Assembly (NCBI GenBank): GCA_964403585.1
Contig: CAYOFQ010000001.1
Location: 960,826 to 1,024,825 of the forward strand
Source of the DNA: an uncultured Gammaproteobacteria bacterium
Lineage (GTDB): Bacteria > Patescibacteriota > Microgenomatia > JALYQM01
Reading direction: 5' to 3'
Length of the DNA stretch: 64,000 nucleotides
The position numbers and the translations under genes are program-made. The notes beneath the pieces are model-generated. The model was not told the DNA's origin. It was given only the letters and a program-made list of their open reading frames with translations, and did not search any database. Below, piece after piece: positions 12,988-22,456 of this stretch (its first letter is position 1; each line of letters begins with the position of its first letter).

Positions 12988-13680
12988 ATGAAAAATCAAA
13001 ACGGTTTCACTCTCATAGAACTTCTGGTCGTAGTTACCATCATGGGCATTCTTTTAACATTGGCTATTCCCGCCTATCGGAATTTTAATGAAGAACAATC
13101 GGTCAGTTTAGCGGCCAACATGGTTAAAGACGACATTCAGTTCGGAATTAACAAATCGACTTCGGGATTCAATGCCCACTGGTTTGGAGTAACTCTGAAC
13201 GCCGATACCGCAGCAGTTCCCGGTCCGTATACCGAATATAAAAACTTTGAAATTACGCCGAATAACTCATCAGGGATTGTTGTCTGTCCGCCAATTGTCA
13301 TAAGCCTTTCTACGGCCCCTTGTTCATCATCAGTACATAAGAAGGAAACGGTCAAAAAATATCCAACCGGTGTAAAACTCGACAAGATTATTTTGTATGA
13401 TATGGAAGCTAATGCTATTGACTACCCCAGTTTTATCGATGTACGATTTAATCAATCACCACAGAGCGGACAAATTATTATCAGCTCCGAAGGAACGGCA
13501 CCGGCATTACGGGCCAAGATAGCTCGAGCCGAACTTCAGTATAAAAACGGAACGTTTCAGCGAAGTCTGGTTGTTGATGGAGGAAATGTCTGTGATGATA
13601 TGCAACCGAATAAAACTGCCTGCAATAACGATTTAACCGGAGGGCCAAAACCAAGCAGAGTATTTGTAGTGGAGAAATAG
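12988..13680 (+). CDS. Prepilin-type minor pilin
   Basis: The N-terminus reads MKNQNGFTLIELLVVVTIMGILLTLAIPAY. The gene sits in the pilin array. Confidence 0.75.
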   Translation: MKNQNGFTLIELLVVVTIMGILLTLAIPAYRNFNEEQSVSLAANMVKDDIQFGINKSTSGFNAHWFGVTLNADTAAVPGPYTEYKNFEITPNNSSGIVVCPPIVISLSTAPCSSSVHKKETVKKYPTGVKLDKIILYDMEANAIDYPSFIDVRFNQSPQSGQIIISSEGTAPALRAKIARAELQYKNGTFQRSLVVDGGNVCDDMQPNKTACNNDLTGGPKPSRVFVVEK

Positions 13681-13681
13681 A

Positions 13682-14239
13682 ATGAATCAAAAATTTAGTA
13701 ATCAAACAGGTCAGTCACTAGTCGAAGTAGTTATCGCGCTGGGTATAGCGGTTATCATTGTGATCGCCTTTACCAATGCCACCATTGCTTCAGTACGCAA
13801 TTCACAATTTTCCAAAAACCAGAATCTGGCCACCAAATATGCACAGGAGACTCTGGAACTGGTCCGCGCAATTCGGGACCAGAATACGGTCGGAAGCGTC
13901 ACCGATGGAACAGCCGGTCTGAACTCCTGGGGAGACCTCTGGGGTATTAATCTAAAGAACGCCGCCTCCCCCGGTGGCGGGTATACCGGGTACTGTTTTA
14001 CACTGAATAAAACGACTCTGGTACTAACGAAGCGAACATCCTGTGCGGATACCAATGGTGCCGGGGTTAGAATTGATGAAAACCTCGATACAACAACCAA
14101 TCTTTTCTATCGAAAAATTAATATCACCGACGATGGCACCACACTTACCAAAAAACAAGTGAGTGTTAGAGTTTACTGGAGCGACAACCGTGGACAACAC
14201 AACACCGATGTAACAACCTTTCTTACGAATTGGCAATAA
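13682..14239 (+). CDS. Prepilin-type minor pilin (atypical G|QSLVE cleavage site)
   Basis: The N-terminus reads QTGQSLVEVVIALGIAVIIVIAF. It has Glu at +5 and a hydrophobic helix. The gene sits in the pilin array. Confidence 0.65.
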   Translation: MNQKFSNQTGQSLVEVVIALGIAVIIVIAFTNATIASVRNSQFSKNQNLATKYAQETLELVRAIRDQNTVGSVTDGTAGLNSWGDLWGINLKNAASPGGGYTGYCFTLNKTTLVLTKRTSCADTNGAGVRIDENLDTTTNLFYRKINITDDGTTLTKKQVSVRVYWSDNRGQHNTDVTTFLTNWQ

Positions 14240-14243
14240 ATAA

Positions 14244-15026
14244 ATGATAAAAAATAATCAGCAGGGCTTCACATTAATTGAAATACTCGTCGTCATTACC
14301 ATTATTGGCGTGCTTACGGGTATCACTGCGGATATTTTTATCCAAATCGTACGCGGTTCAAATAAGGCCAATGTCGTCACCGAAATAAAACAGAATGGTG
14401 ATAATATCCTCAACCAGCTTGAACGCACTATCCGTAATGCCGAAGAAATTACCGCTATGGGTGGTACCAATACGTTTGACTGGGCTCCATCCTCAGCGTG
14501 GACCGATGTCTCAACTATTGTTGCGCCCGATACTTGGAGCTGTTCCTTTAAGTACTGCGCAATCATCGTTAAGAACCAAGGCGCTACCGGAGGGTATACC
14601 AAAATTGAAATTCACGCCCAAACCGGCACTTCGCCGATTGTCGGAGACCAACGCTGCAGCAGTTCGCCATTTACCACCAACGACCAGGATCAAACAAAGT
14701 CACCGTACGAATGTAATGGCAATATTCGCCTCGTTACCGATACATCTACTTCTGCAGTGGATAATTTAAAAAATACAACTAATGCTGTTACAGCCACGAC
14801 TATTGGGCAGGTAATATCCAACACCGAACGCCGCAGCGGGGTCAGTGTTCGCGCCACCACCGCCGGTGATCCCTTCTTCAACATCCGATTCAATTCTTCA
14901 AGTCCACCGTTAGTTACCACGCAATTTGCATTAACACAGGGCATTAATGCATCCAGTCGTGTTGATGCCACCGCCATCGTTCCATTCACACAAACAATAT
15001 CACTACGGGTATATAACAGTGACTAA
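14244..15026 (+). CDS. Prepilin-type minor pilin
   Basis: The N-terminus reads MIKNNQQGFTLIEILVVITIIGVLTG. Confidence 0.75.
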   Translation: MIKNNQQGFTLIEILVVITIIGVLTGITADIFIQIVRGSNKANVVTEIKQNGDNILNQLERTIRNAEEITAMGGTNTFDWAPSSAWTDVSTIVAPDTWSCSFKYCAIIVKNQGATGGYTKIEIHAQTGTSPIVGDQRCSSSPFTTNDQDQTKSPYECNGNIRLVTDTSTSAVDNLKNTTNAVTATTIGQVISNTERRSGVSVRATTAGDPFFNIRFNSSSPPLVTTQFALTQGINASSRVDATAIVPFTQTISLRVYNSD

Positions 15027-15086
15027 ATATCCTCTTGATTAATTAGTGAGTGGTAATACACAATAGAAAAAGCTAGGAGAGATGAT

Positions 15087-16028
15087 ATGAAACAAATCAA
15101 AAATACTTTACAGGACCAGTCAGGCCAAATGGCTATTCTTGTTATGTTGGTGCTGGTTGTAGCACTCACTATCGGGCTGGCTATTATTGCCAGAACCACT
15201 ACCGATGTTCGTCTTTCCACTAATACCAATCAGTCTAACCAGGCCTATGCTGCAGCCGAAGCAGGTATTGAAGCCGCCCTTGGCAACAACATCACTTCGT
15301 ACGGAACTGATGTCACCATTGGAAATGCCACATTCAATGTTTCAACACCTACCCAACAGGGTGGCAGCACTACGCCGTTCGCTTTTCCCAACGACTTAAA
15401 AAAGGATGAGTCTGCTCAAGTCTGGTTGTTTGATTACAATAATTTCAAAACCAATGCCGCCAGTCCGTATTCAGGATTCTACAATAGCTGCAGCACCCCG
15501 GCCAACTGTAACCAAATAACCATCCATTGGGGTACCAATGCTGCAACCAGCGGTAAAGAGCCGGCTCTCGAAGCATCACTTATTTATAAAGAAAATAACG
15601 CCTTTGGTGTTGAGAAATATGCCTTTGACAGCCAGTATAGCGTCCGTGGTAACGGATTTGATCCGGTAACCTACGTCTCCAATCCAACAGCTATTACCAC
15701 CAACCAGGGCAGTAAAAAGTATAACTATAGCCGGACAATAACTCTTTCTAACGGTGAAACCGGTTCCGGATCATGCACCACTGCCGGACCACGTTGCTAT
15801 CTCTTACTCCGCATTAAACTGCTCTATAACGACGGACAGGATCAGGGCGTCGCTGTAGCTCCACAGTCAGGTCGCTCACTTCCGGCACAGGGTACTCAAA
15901 TCGATTCTCAGGGAAAATCCGGGGATACCGTACGTAAAGTACGCGTCTATCAATCGTACCCCACCTTACCGGGAATCTTTGACTTCGTTGTCTTCAACGG
16001 TAGTACCAACCCTTTGCAAAAAAACTAG
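15087..16028 (+). CDS. PilX-like minor pilin / pilus assembly protein
   Basis: It has an N-terminal hydrophobic helix (GQMAILVMLVLVVALTIGLAIIA). The motif QAYAAAEAGIEAAL resembles the PilX N-terminal domain signature. Confidence 0.6.
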   Translation: MKQIKNTLQDQSGQMAILVMLVLVVALTIGLAIIARTTTDVRLSTNTNQSNQAYAAAEAGIEAALGNNITSYGTDVTIGNATFNVSTPTQQGGSTTPFAFPNDLKKDESAQVWLFDYNNFKTNAASPYSGFYNSCSTPANCNQITIHWGTNAATSGKEPALEASLIYKENNAFGVEKYAFDSQYSVRGNGFDPVTYVSNPTAITTNQGSKKYNYSRTITLSNGETGSGSCTTAGPRCYLLLRIKLLYNDGQDQGVAVAPQSGRSLPAQGTQIDSQGKSGDTVRKVRVYQSYPTLPGIFDFVVFNGSTNPLQKN

Positions 16029-16037
16029 AGCAACCAC

Positions 16038-17477
16038 ATGAAGCAAAAAACAAAAACGTATCGGAGAGCAGGATTTATAATCCTCTCTCTGATAGTCGCA
16101 TCATTCTGGATTCCTAAGGCACAGGCAGATACCTTACCTAATACCACATACTCCATCGACGCCTCGGCAGAGACCGGAAATAACGGCTGGTATATTAGCG
16201 CGGTTCCCATTACGTTACAAACTACTGCCGGAACAAATCCCGTTCAGTCAATTACCTATTGGATCGACTCAGGTACCCCAACCACAGTTAATGCTTCTTC
16301 CACAACTAGTATCCTGATCGCCCAGGGAATCCATACGCTGTACTTTTACGCCAAAGATACCCTGGATAATCAGGAGGCTACCAAGTCATTTGCCTATAAG
16401 ATCGACCTAGTGGCACCGGGAAACTGGAACACGTTTAATGTTGTTAATTCGGGTAACTCTCATACGTTTACCATTACAGACAAAGTAACCGATAAAACGT
16501 CCGGGATAGACAACCTTACCGCCGAATTCCAATACAGTGTCGATGATGGTAATACTTGGGGGTACTATTCTACCTTAACGAACTGTAGTTCCACCTGGAA
16601 TAACAATGCCTGGCGAAGTGCCACGGTTTCACCAAATACGCCCGGATCCTTAAGTGTTACAGTAAACATTCCCACTACTGACTATTGCAATTCCAACTGG
16701 GCGAACACCAAATATATCCGGATTCGTATTAAAGATATGGCCGGAATCCAATCCACTAAACAATATGCACTGATGGCGCCATGGATGAAAACCAGCGGAG
16801 GTAATGTACATTCTGAGGGAATAATTGACATGACGACTGAAAACAGCACCAGCGCAACGGGAATCGTATCTACCGGAGGGAATACTGTTAATAACATGAC
16901 CTCTGCACAAGGTTGGCAAATGAGAAATTATTCTATTCCAATCATAACCTCCTCCGTGTACATGGATTATTACAATAAACTAAATTCGTCCGCTCAGAAT
17001 TTGCCTTCAACGCTACCAACCACATCAGGAGTATATAAAACTACTGATTTCGTCTTAACTGGAACAAAAATCCCGGCAGCCTTAACTACTGCGCAAAATG
17101 TTGCCCTAGTAATATTAGTTTTCGGCGATCTCTATATAGACACCAATATTTCACTCCATCCAACCAGTTCAATTATCTGGGTAGTAACCGGAGATACCGG
17201 CATTCGAAATAGCGTTACATCGGTTGATAGCAACTTCTTTACCGGAGGTGAATTTAACTCATCATACAACGGAGGATCTAACAACCAGTTAACCATAGAA
17301 GGCTCTGTAGCGGCCTTTGGCGCTATGATTTTCGATCGATCTCTTAGTGGGACCAATAACTTAAATTCCCCTGCCGAAATCATCAATTATAATCCAATTA
17401 TTTTTGCTAATCCGTTCCTGTTAAATGCCCTTAATCTCGACTCAACGGTCACCTGGAGAGAGATCATCGACTACTAG
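16038..17477 (+). CDS. Large secreted protein with N-terminal Ig-like repeats. Candidate pilus-associated adhesin.
   Basis: It has a Sec signal peptide (IILSLIVASFWIPKAQA|DT). Two repeats of an NGWY...Y.D.G.W..Y Ig-like motif (chitobiase-C-like) are followed by a beta-rich Asn/Ser/Thr-rich region. Its position between the minor pilins and pilM suggests a tip or adhesin role (inference). Confidence 0.45.
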   Translation: MKQKTKTYRRAGFIILSLIVASFWIPKAQADTLPNTTYSIDASAETGNNGWYISAVPITLQTTAGTNPVQSITYWIDSGTPTTVNASSTTSILIAQGIHTLYFYAKDTLDNQEATKSFAYKIDLVAPGNWNTFNVVNSGNSHTFTITDKVTDKTSGIDNLTAEFQYSVDDGNTWGYYSTLTNCSSTWNNNAWRSATVSPNTPGSLSVTVNIPTTDYCNSNWANTKYIRIRIKDMAGIQSTKQYALMAPWMKTSGGNVHSEGIIDMTTENSTSATGIVSTGGNTVNNMTSAQGWQMRNYSIPIITSSVYMDYYNKLNSSAQNLPSTLPTTSGVYKTTDFVLTGTKIPAALTTAQNVALVILVFGDLYIDTNISLHPTSSIIWVVTGDTGIRNSVTSVDSNFFTGGEFNSSYNGGSNNQLTIEGSVAAFGAMIFDRSLSGTNNLNSPAEIINYNPIIFANPFLLNALNLDSTVTWREIIDY

Positions 17478-17480
17478 ATC

Positions 17481-17510
17481 TTGACATGCCTTTCCACTGT
17501 CCTACATACT
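17481..17510 (+). promoter_or_regulatory. Candidate sigma70-like promoter for pilMNO
   Basis: There is a TTGACA at 17481-17486 and a CATACT at 17505-17510 with an 18 nt spacer. The pilM ATG at 17521 has no obvious SD, so the transcript could be nearly leaderless. Confidence 0.35.
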
Positions 17511-17520
17511 ATATAAAGTT

Positions 17521-18555
17521 ATGGCAAATAAAAACTTTTTCGGGCTGGATATCGGAGATTCCAGCATAAAATTAGTCTATCTTCAAAAAGATAATCAGGG
17601 CAGTAAATTGCTTGCATACGGTTTGGCACCCACTCCGGGGAACGGCATGACCTCTGAAGCAGACTTCGACAAAGAAGCTATTGTCGAAATCATCAAAAGA
17701 TTAACAAAAGAAACCAAGGTAAACACTAATCAGGTTGTTACCTCACTGCCGGAATCACAGATTTTCACCCGTATTATCGAGATGCCGCCAATGTCGGAAA
17801 AGGAACTCTCATCTGCCATCAAATTTGAATCCGAGCAGTACATTCCCCGACCACTCAATGAAGTATCTCTCCGTTGGCAGATCTTAACCAAAGGTGATAA
17901 AGAAAAAGGTCAAAAAATGGAAGTACTCATTGTCGCGGCTCCGTTGACCCTAATCGAAAAATACACTGAAATACTTGCCAAAGCGGATTTAAAACCAATC
18001 GCCATGGAAACAGATTTATTGGCACAGGCTCGATCATTGGTAGGTAATAACCCCTACTCTCCAACAACCATGGTTATTTCCATCGGTTCAACCAACACTG
18101 ACTTAAGTATTATCCGCGGCGGTATGGTAAGCTTCACGCGTTCCATTGCCTCCGGTGGTGCTACCTTAAGCCGCGCTATTGCTTCTGATCTGTCTTTGGA
18201 ATTCGAGCAGGCTGAACAATACAAAAAAACCTATGGTCTCTTGGATGATCAGCTTGAAGGCAAAGTAATGAGCGCCATCAAACCTACGTTTGAATTAATT
18301 ATCAACGAAATAAAAAAAGCGATTACCTTATATCAAACTAAAAACCCGAACGATCAGGTGAAACGGCTAGTATTGGCCGGTGGTACTGCAAAACTTCCCG
18401 GCTTGCTAATTTTCCTGGCCAACGCACTCGGAATTGAAGCACAGGTTGGAGATCCGTGGTTTAATATTAAAAAAGATCCGAATATTGAGGGTCAGTTAAC
18501 CGAAGATGCACCAATTTATTCAGTGGCAGTAGGACTTGCTCTAAAGGAGATCTAA
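17521..18555 (+). CDS. pilM: Type IV pilus assembly protein PilM (actin-like ATPase fold)
   Basis: The start reads FFGLDIGDSSIKLV. The protein is 344 aa and is followed by pilN and pilO. Confidence 0.85.
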   Translation: MANKNFFGLDIGDSSIKLVYLQKDNQGSKLLAYGLAPTPGNGMTSEADFDKEAIVEIIKRLTKETKVNTNQVVTSLPESQIFTRIIEMPPMSEKELSSAIKFESEQYIPRPLNEVSLRWQILTKGDKEKGQKMEVLIVAAPLTLIEKYTEILAKADLKPIAMETDLLAQARSLVGNNPYSPTTMVISIGSTNTDLSIIRGGMVSFTRSIASGGATLSRAIASDLSLEFEQAEQYKKTYGLLDDQLEGKVMSAIKPTFELIINEIKKAITLYQTKNPNDQVKRLVLAGGTAKLPGLLIFLANALGIEAQVGDPWFNIKKDPNIEGQLTEDAPIYSVAVGLALKEI

Positions 18556-18561
18556 ATTAGT

Positions 18562-19122
18562 ATGGCAAAAGATATTAACCTATTACCCGACGTAACGCTT
18601 ACAGAAGAACGCGAAAGTAAGTTACAAAAATTGCTTACCATTGTCAGCATGGCTATTCTGGTAGTAGGAGTAATTGCGTTAATCGCGGTTATAACCATCG
18701 ATCTTACACTTAATGACGGATATAAAAAGTTAGTCGACGAAAACGATGGTAAAAAGGCCCAGGTGCTGGGATATGCCGAAACCGAATTGTCACAACGCGC
18801 TATCAAATCAAAATTAGTCACTTCTTCAAATGTTATTAAGGCAGCCAAAGATTATAAAACTATTATTGAGAACATCCAAAGCATCGTACCGGATGGCATC
18901 ACTATTTCCGATGTGGCCATCGATAAAACAGATAAAATTGTATTAAATGGCAAAGCCAACAACTCGGAAAGCTTTTATAACTATATTAAGAACTTGCTCG
19001 ACACAGAAAAGGGCGCCAAATATTTCACCGACGTTGTATTAGGGAGCGTCAACACGACCAAGGACAGCGATCTCCAATTCAACATCACCATGACGTTAGT
19101 TAAAGCAGGGGGAAATCAATGA
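18562..19122 (+). CDS. pilN: Type IV pilus assembly protein PilN
   Basis: It has an N-terminal INLLP motif followed by a single TM helix. It follows pilM. Confidence 0.8.
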   Translation: MAKDINLLPDVTLTEERESKLQKLLTIVSMAILVVGVIALIAVITIDLTLNDGYKKLVDENDGKKAQVLGYAETELSQRAIKSKLVTSSNVIKAAKDYKTIIENIQSIVPDGITISDVAIDKTDKIVLNGKANNSESFYNYIKNLLDTEKGAKYFTDVVLGSVNTTKDSDLQFNITMTLVKAGGNQ

Positions 19123-19907
19123 AAAACGCAAATAGCAAAATGAAGATGAGCGTATACTACGTCTTGCCGGTCATCGCAATCCTAGTAGTCATCGGGATCG
19201 GATTATTATTCATTCAACCAAAGATCACCGAGATTCAGGATCTGCAGCAAAAGAAAGCCGCTGAGGAAGAGCGCAAAATCAAACTCGAAAAGAAATTGAC
19301 TGATCTTGCCCAGTTGGAAAACAACAAGACTGATTTGATTGCTCAGTTAACCGCGCTGACTATTGCCCTACCCAACCAGAAAGAAGTTCCGGCACTCATT
19401 ATCCAATTACAAAAAATCGCCCAGGAAAGTGATGTCCAGATTCAGGGTATTCAGTTAACTCCTGGAAAACTACTTAATGACACATCAATACAAGCTGCAG
19501 CCAAGACCGGACCATCCGTAAGCTTTACACTGACCTTCCGCGGCAATTACGAGGCAATTAAGACCTTCATGGGTAAAGTATACAAAGCCAAACGTCTGGT
19601 AAACATGGAATCAATCAATTTGAACACCGGTGGTGCACAATCTGAAGACGGCGGAGTGTCAGTCAGTTCAAGCATGCTGGCCTTCTACCAGCCATTCCCG
19701 GCAACACCAAAAGATGAAACTGAAGAAATTCCTGCGCTAACAGCCGAAGACAAAGAAACCTATGACGCGCTGCAAACATATAACTCATACCAGATCGATG
19801 GGACAGCCCCTGAAGCGCCTGCGGCTACAGCTACTCCGGCTCCAAGTGCCAGCGTACAGCCAACAGCATCAGTAAGCGCAACACCACGCAGTACCGGAAC
19901 TCGCTAA
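19119..19907 (+). CDS. pilO: Type IV pilus assembly protein PilO with a Pro/Ala/Thr-rich C-terminal tail
   Basis: It has a single N-terminal TM and coiled-coil, then a PilO-like domain. The start overlaps pilN. The C-terminus is APEAPAATATPAPSASVQPTASVSATP. Confidence 0.7.
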   Translation: MKNANSKMKMSVYYVLPVIAILVVIGIGLLFIQPKITEIQDLQQKKAAEEERKIKLEKKLTDLAQLENNKTDLIAQLTALTIALPNQKEVPALIIQLQKIAQESDVQIQGIQLTPGKLLNDTSIQAAAKTGPSVSFTLTFRGNYEAIKTFMGKVYKAKRLVNMESINLNTGGAQSEDGGVSVSSSMLAFYQPFPATPKDETEEIPALTAEDKETYDALQTYNSYQIDGTAPEAPAATATPAPSASVQPTASVSATPRSTGTR

Positions 19908-19912
19908 TTCGA

Positions 19913-20620
19913 TTACGCTTTTTTAATTTTCTTAGTACGGGATCTGGATTGTTCACGCCGCCATGAAGCAATTTCGCCATGATTTCCCTGAACAAGAACA
20001 GCCGGAACTTCCCGTCCGTTAAAAAGTGCTGGACGCGTATACTGAGGATATTCCACTAAGAGCTCGTCACCGTCCACAATCGTGTACGATTCCTCTTCAG
20101 AGGATTCATCTGAACCAAGGACTCCGGGAATTAAGCGCAGCAGACTATCGGCAATCACTACCGCCGGAAGCTCTCCCCCGGTTAAAACATAAGGACCAAT
20201 ACTTACCTCTTCATCACAATAGTGATCAATAAAACGCTGATCTATGCCTTCATAATGCCCGCAGATAATAAAAATATGCTCAAGTTTTGAAAGCTCTTGG
20301 GCTTTGCTTTGCGAATATATTGTCCCTCCGGCACTGGTAACTATAACCCGCACCTTTGAACGGTCATACGAAGTTATATCCAGACCGGCATCGGTAAAGG
20401 CAGCCAACAATGTAGCTTCCAGTACGTCGGCACGCAAAACCATACCTTTACCGCCGCCATAGGGGTGATCATCTACATGGTGATGCTTATCGGTCGAATA
20501 ATCTCTGGGGTTGTAACAGGAAAAACCAAAAAGAGCATTATCAAGTGCTCGACCGATAATGCTCGTTTTTAAATTGGCGCTGAAAACTTCAGGAAATAAC
20601 GTGAGAAAATAAAGATGCAT
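19913..20620 (-). CDS. trmD: tRNA (guanine37-N1)-methyltransferase
   Basis: The TrmD fold motifs are present (CGHYEGIDQR, GGELPA). Confidence 0.88.
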   Translation of the reverse strand: MHLYFLTLFPEVFSANLKTSIIGRALDNALFGFSCYNPRDYSTDKHHHVDDHPYGGGKGMVLRADVLEATLLAAFTDAGLDITSYDRSKVRVIVTSAGGTIYSQSKAQELSKLEHIFIICGHYEGIDQRFIDHYCDEEVSIGPYVLTGGELPAVVIADSLLRLIPGVLGSDESSEEESYTIVDGDELLVEYPQYTRPALFNGREVPAVLVQGNHGEIASWRREQSRSRTKKIKKA

Positions 20621-20892
20621 TATTCTTCAGAATCAGCTGTATCAGCAGAACCTGACGGCTGATCTTCAAGCTCAACTGAAACTTTCTTATTTTCCCGGAT
20701 AGCTACAACACGTACTAAACTGCGGATTGCTTTGATAATCTTACCTTCCCGTCCAATTACTTTACCCATATCTGCCTGGTTTACATGGACATTGAGTACT
20801 ACATAACCGTCTTCGCGAGTCTGCTCATCAACACTAACTTCATCTGGAAAGTCGACAATGGATCGTAAGATGTAGAGTAATAAGTCTTTCAT
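20620..20892 (-). CDS. KH-domain RNA-binding protein (YlqC/UPF0109 family)
   Basis: The motif VIGREGKIIKAIRSLV is a KH GXXG loop. The gene lies in the conserved rpsP-KH-trmD neighbourhood. The start at 20892 is preceded by AAAGGAG. Confidence 0.8.
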   Translation of the reverse strand: MKDLLLYILRSIVDFPDEVSVDEQTREDGYVVLNVHVNQADMGKVIGREGKIIKAIRSLVRVVAIRENKKVSVELEDQPSGSADTADSEE

Positions 20893-20928
20893 TCTAACTC
20901 CTTTAATATATGTATGAGTGTACAAAGT

Positions 20929-21168
20929 TTATGATACTCTTTTGGCAAGAGACGCAACAGTCTGGCTTGGCTTAGCACCCTGCTTGATCCAATCGCGGTA
21001 AGAATCGAGATTTAAAACAACCTGCTTTGAATCTTCTGCGAGTGGAGCATATGTACCAAGCACTTCAAGTGCCTGACCATCTCGTCGACTTCGAGTCGTT
21101 TTAACAACGATACGGTATCGAGCTTCTTTCTTTGAACCAACACGTGATAATCTGATAGTTGTAGACAT
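20929..21168 (-). CDS. rpsP: 30S ribosomal protein S16
   Basis: The start MSTTIRLSRVGSKKEARYRIVV is typical of S16. Confidence 0.9.
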   Translation of the reverse strand: MSTTIRLSRVGSKKEARYRIVVKTTRSRRDGQALEVLGTYAPLAEDSKQVVLNLDSYRDWIKQGAKPSQTVASLAKRVS

Positions 21169-21183
21169 AACCCCTCCAAGATA

Positions 21184-21879
21184 TCATGACTGAGGCCAAG
21201 CGTCAAGTGCTGCCTTGGCAGCCGCTTGTTCGGCCTCTTGCTTACTCCTCCCATGCCCTTTTCCATAAACCTGGGAGTCTACTTGTACTTGTACCTCAAA
21301 TTCTTTTGCATGATCCGGGCCTGAGGTGCTAACCACGGTATACTGCGGAGAAATACGGAACTTCTCCTGAACTTTTTCCTGAAACATACTCTTATAATCC
21401 CGGAAGGTTCCGCTGGCAATAATCTCCTGCAAGTGGATAAGCAACCGGTTGGTTACAAAAATACGGGCTTTCTCAAAACCGAAATTAAGATATATCACCC
21501 CAAGTAACGCCTCAAAAGTATCTGCCAATAACGAGGGGTTTTCCTTACCTCCCGATTCGGCTTCTCCCCGCGCCATATGTAAATATGTGCCTAATCCTAA
21601 CTCACGAGCCACTACCGCCAGGGAACCGGTTTTTACAATTGAAGACCGGTAGTTGGTCAACTGCCCTTCAGGTAAAGTGGGAAACGTCTGGTACAAATAG
21701 TGGGAAACGATCAAGGAAAGCACACTATCCCCTAAAAACTCCAGTCGCTCGTTACTTTCCAGCGATTTATCTTTACTCTCATTGAGAAACGAACGGTGTA
21801 TAAACGCCTTTTTTACGAGCTGCTCGTCGGGAAATTCGATTGAATCCTCTCGTAATAAAGCAATCAGCGGTTCAAACAT
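21184..21879 (-). CDS. rnc: Ribonuclease III
   Basis: It has the RNase III signature ERLEFLGDSVL and a C-terminal dsRBD. Confidence 0.9.
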   Translation of the reverse strand: MFEPLIALLREDSIEFPDEQLVKKAFIHRSFLNESKDKSLESNERLEFLGDSVLSLIVSHYLYQTFPTLPEGQLTNYRSSIVKTGSLAVVARELGLGTYLHMARGEAESGGKENPSLLADTFEALLGVIYLNFGFEKARIFVTNRLLIHLQEIIASGTFRDYKSMFQEKVQEKFRISPQYTVVSTSGPDHAKEFEVQVQVDSQVYGKGHGRSKQEAEQAAAKAALDAWPQS

Positions 21880-21881
21880 AT

Positions 21882-22277
21882 TTATTCACTACTACTTTCT
21901 ATTTTTTCGGTATTTTCGCGTTTATGTTCCTTAAGCACGGTACCCATAACGCCATTAATAAAAGACGGAGAATTTTCACCACCATACTCTTTAGCCAATT
22001 CAATTGACTCATCAAGAACTACTTTTTCCGGCAATTCATGATCCGCGAACAACAATTCCCACACACCATGACGCAAAATGGCCAGATCAACAGGGGCGAT
22101 CTGATCCAAAGGCCACTGTGGAGCAGCCTCTTTAATGTAGGCATCAATAGTCTCTAATTGGGCAAGTATCGGTTCCAGTTCTGCGGCACCTTCAACATTC
22201 TTACGGAATTCCCACTCAAAGAGGAGTTGAATAAGATGTTCTCGGCGCTGGTGACGTGGATCGTTTCGAGATTTCAT
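21882..22277 (-). CDS. nusB: Transcription antitermination factor NusB
   Basis: It has the NusB-family pattern (HQRREHLIQLLFEWEF...RHGVWELLF). Confidence 0.8.
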   Translation of the reverse strand: MKSRNDPRHQRREHLIQLLFEWEFRKNVEGAAELEPILAQLETIDAYIKEAAPQWPLDQIAPVDLAILRHGVWELLFADHELPEKVVLDESIELAKEYGGENSPSFINGVMGTVLKEHKRENTEKIESSSE

Positions 22278-22280
22278 GAG

Positions 22281-22401
22281 TTTATTTTGACTTTACGTAC
22301 GTTTTAGTATGCTCAAGCTTTTTTCTGAGTTTTAGAACAATCGCAGCAGTTCTCTTACCCTGGCGTGCGGTCGAATGTCTTCTCTTTGGAAGCGGTGCCA
22401 T
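22281..22401 (-). CDS. rpmF: 50S ribosomal protein L32 (short form, 39 aa)
   Basis: This ORF was not in the track. The minus-strand reading is AAGGAGG ATTT ATG GCA CCG CTT CCA AAG AGA AGA CAT TCG..., giving MAPLPKRRHSTARQGKRTAAIVLKLRKKLEHTKTYVKSK. The N-terminus is L32-like. Coordinates are good to about 1 nt. Confidence 0.6.
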
Positions 22402-22456
22402 AAATCCTCCTTAAATTACCACTATTGTGGATTATATCAGAACAAATGTAAAGAAA

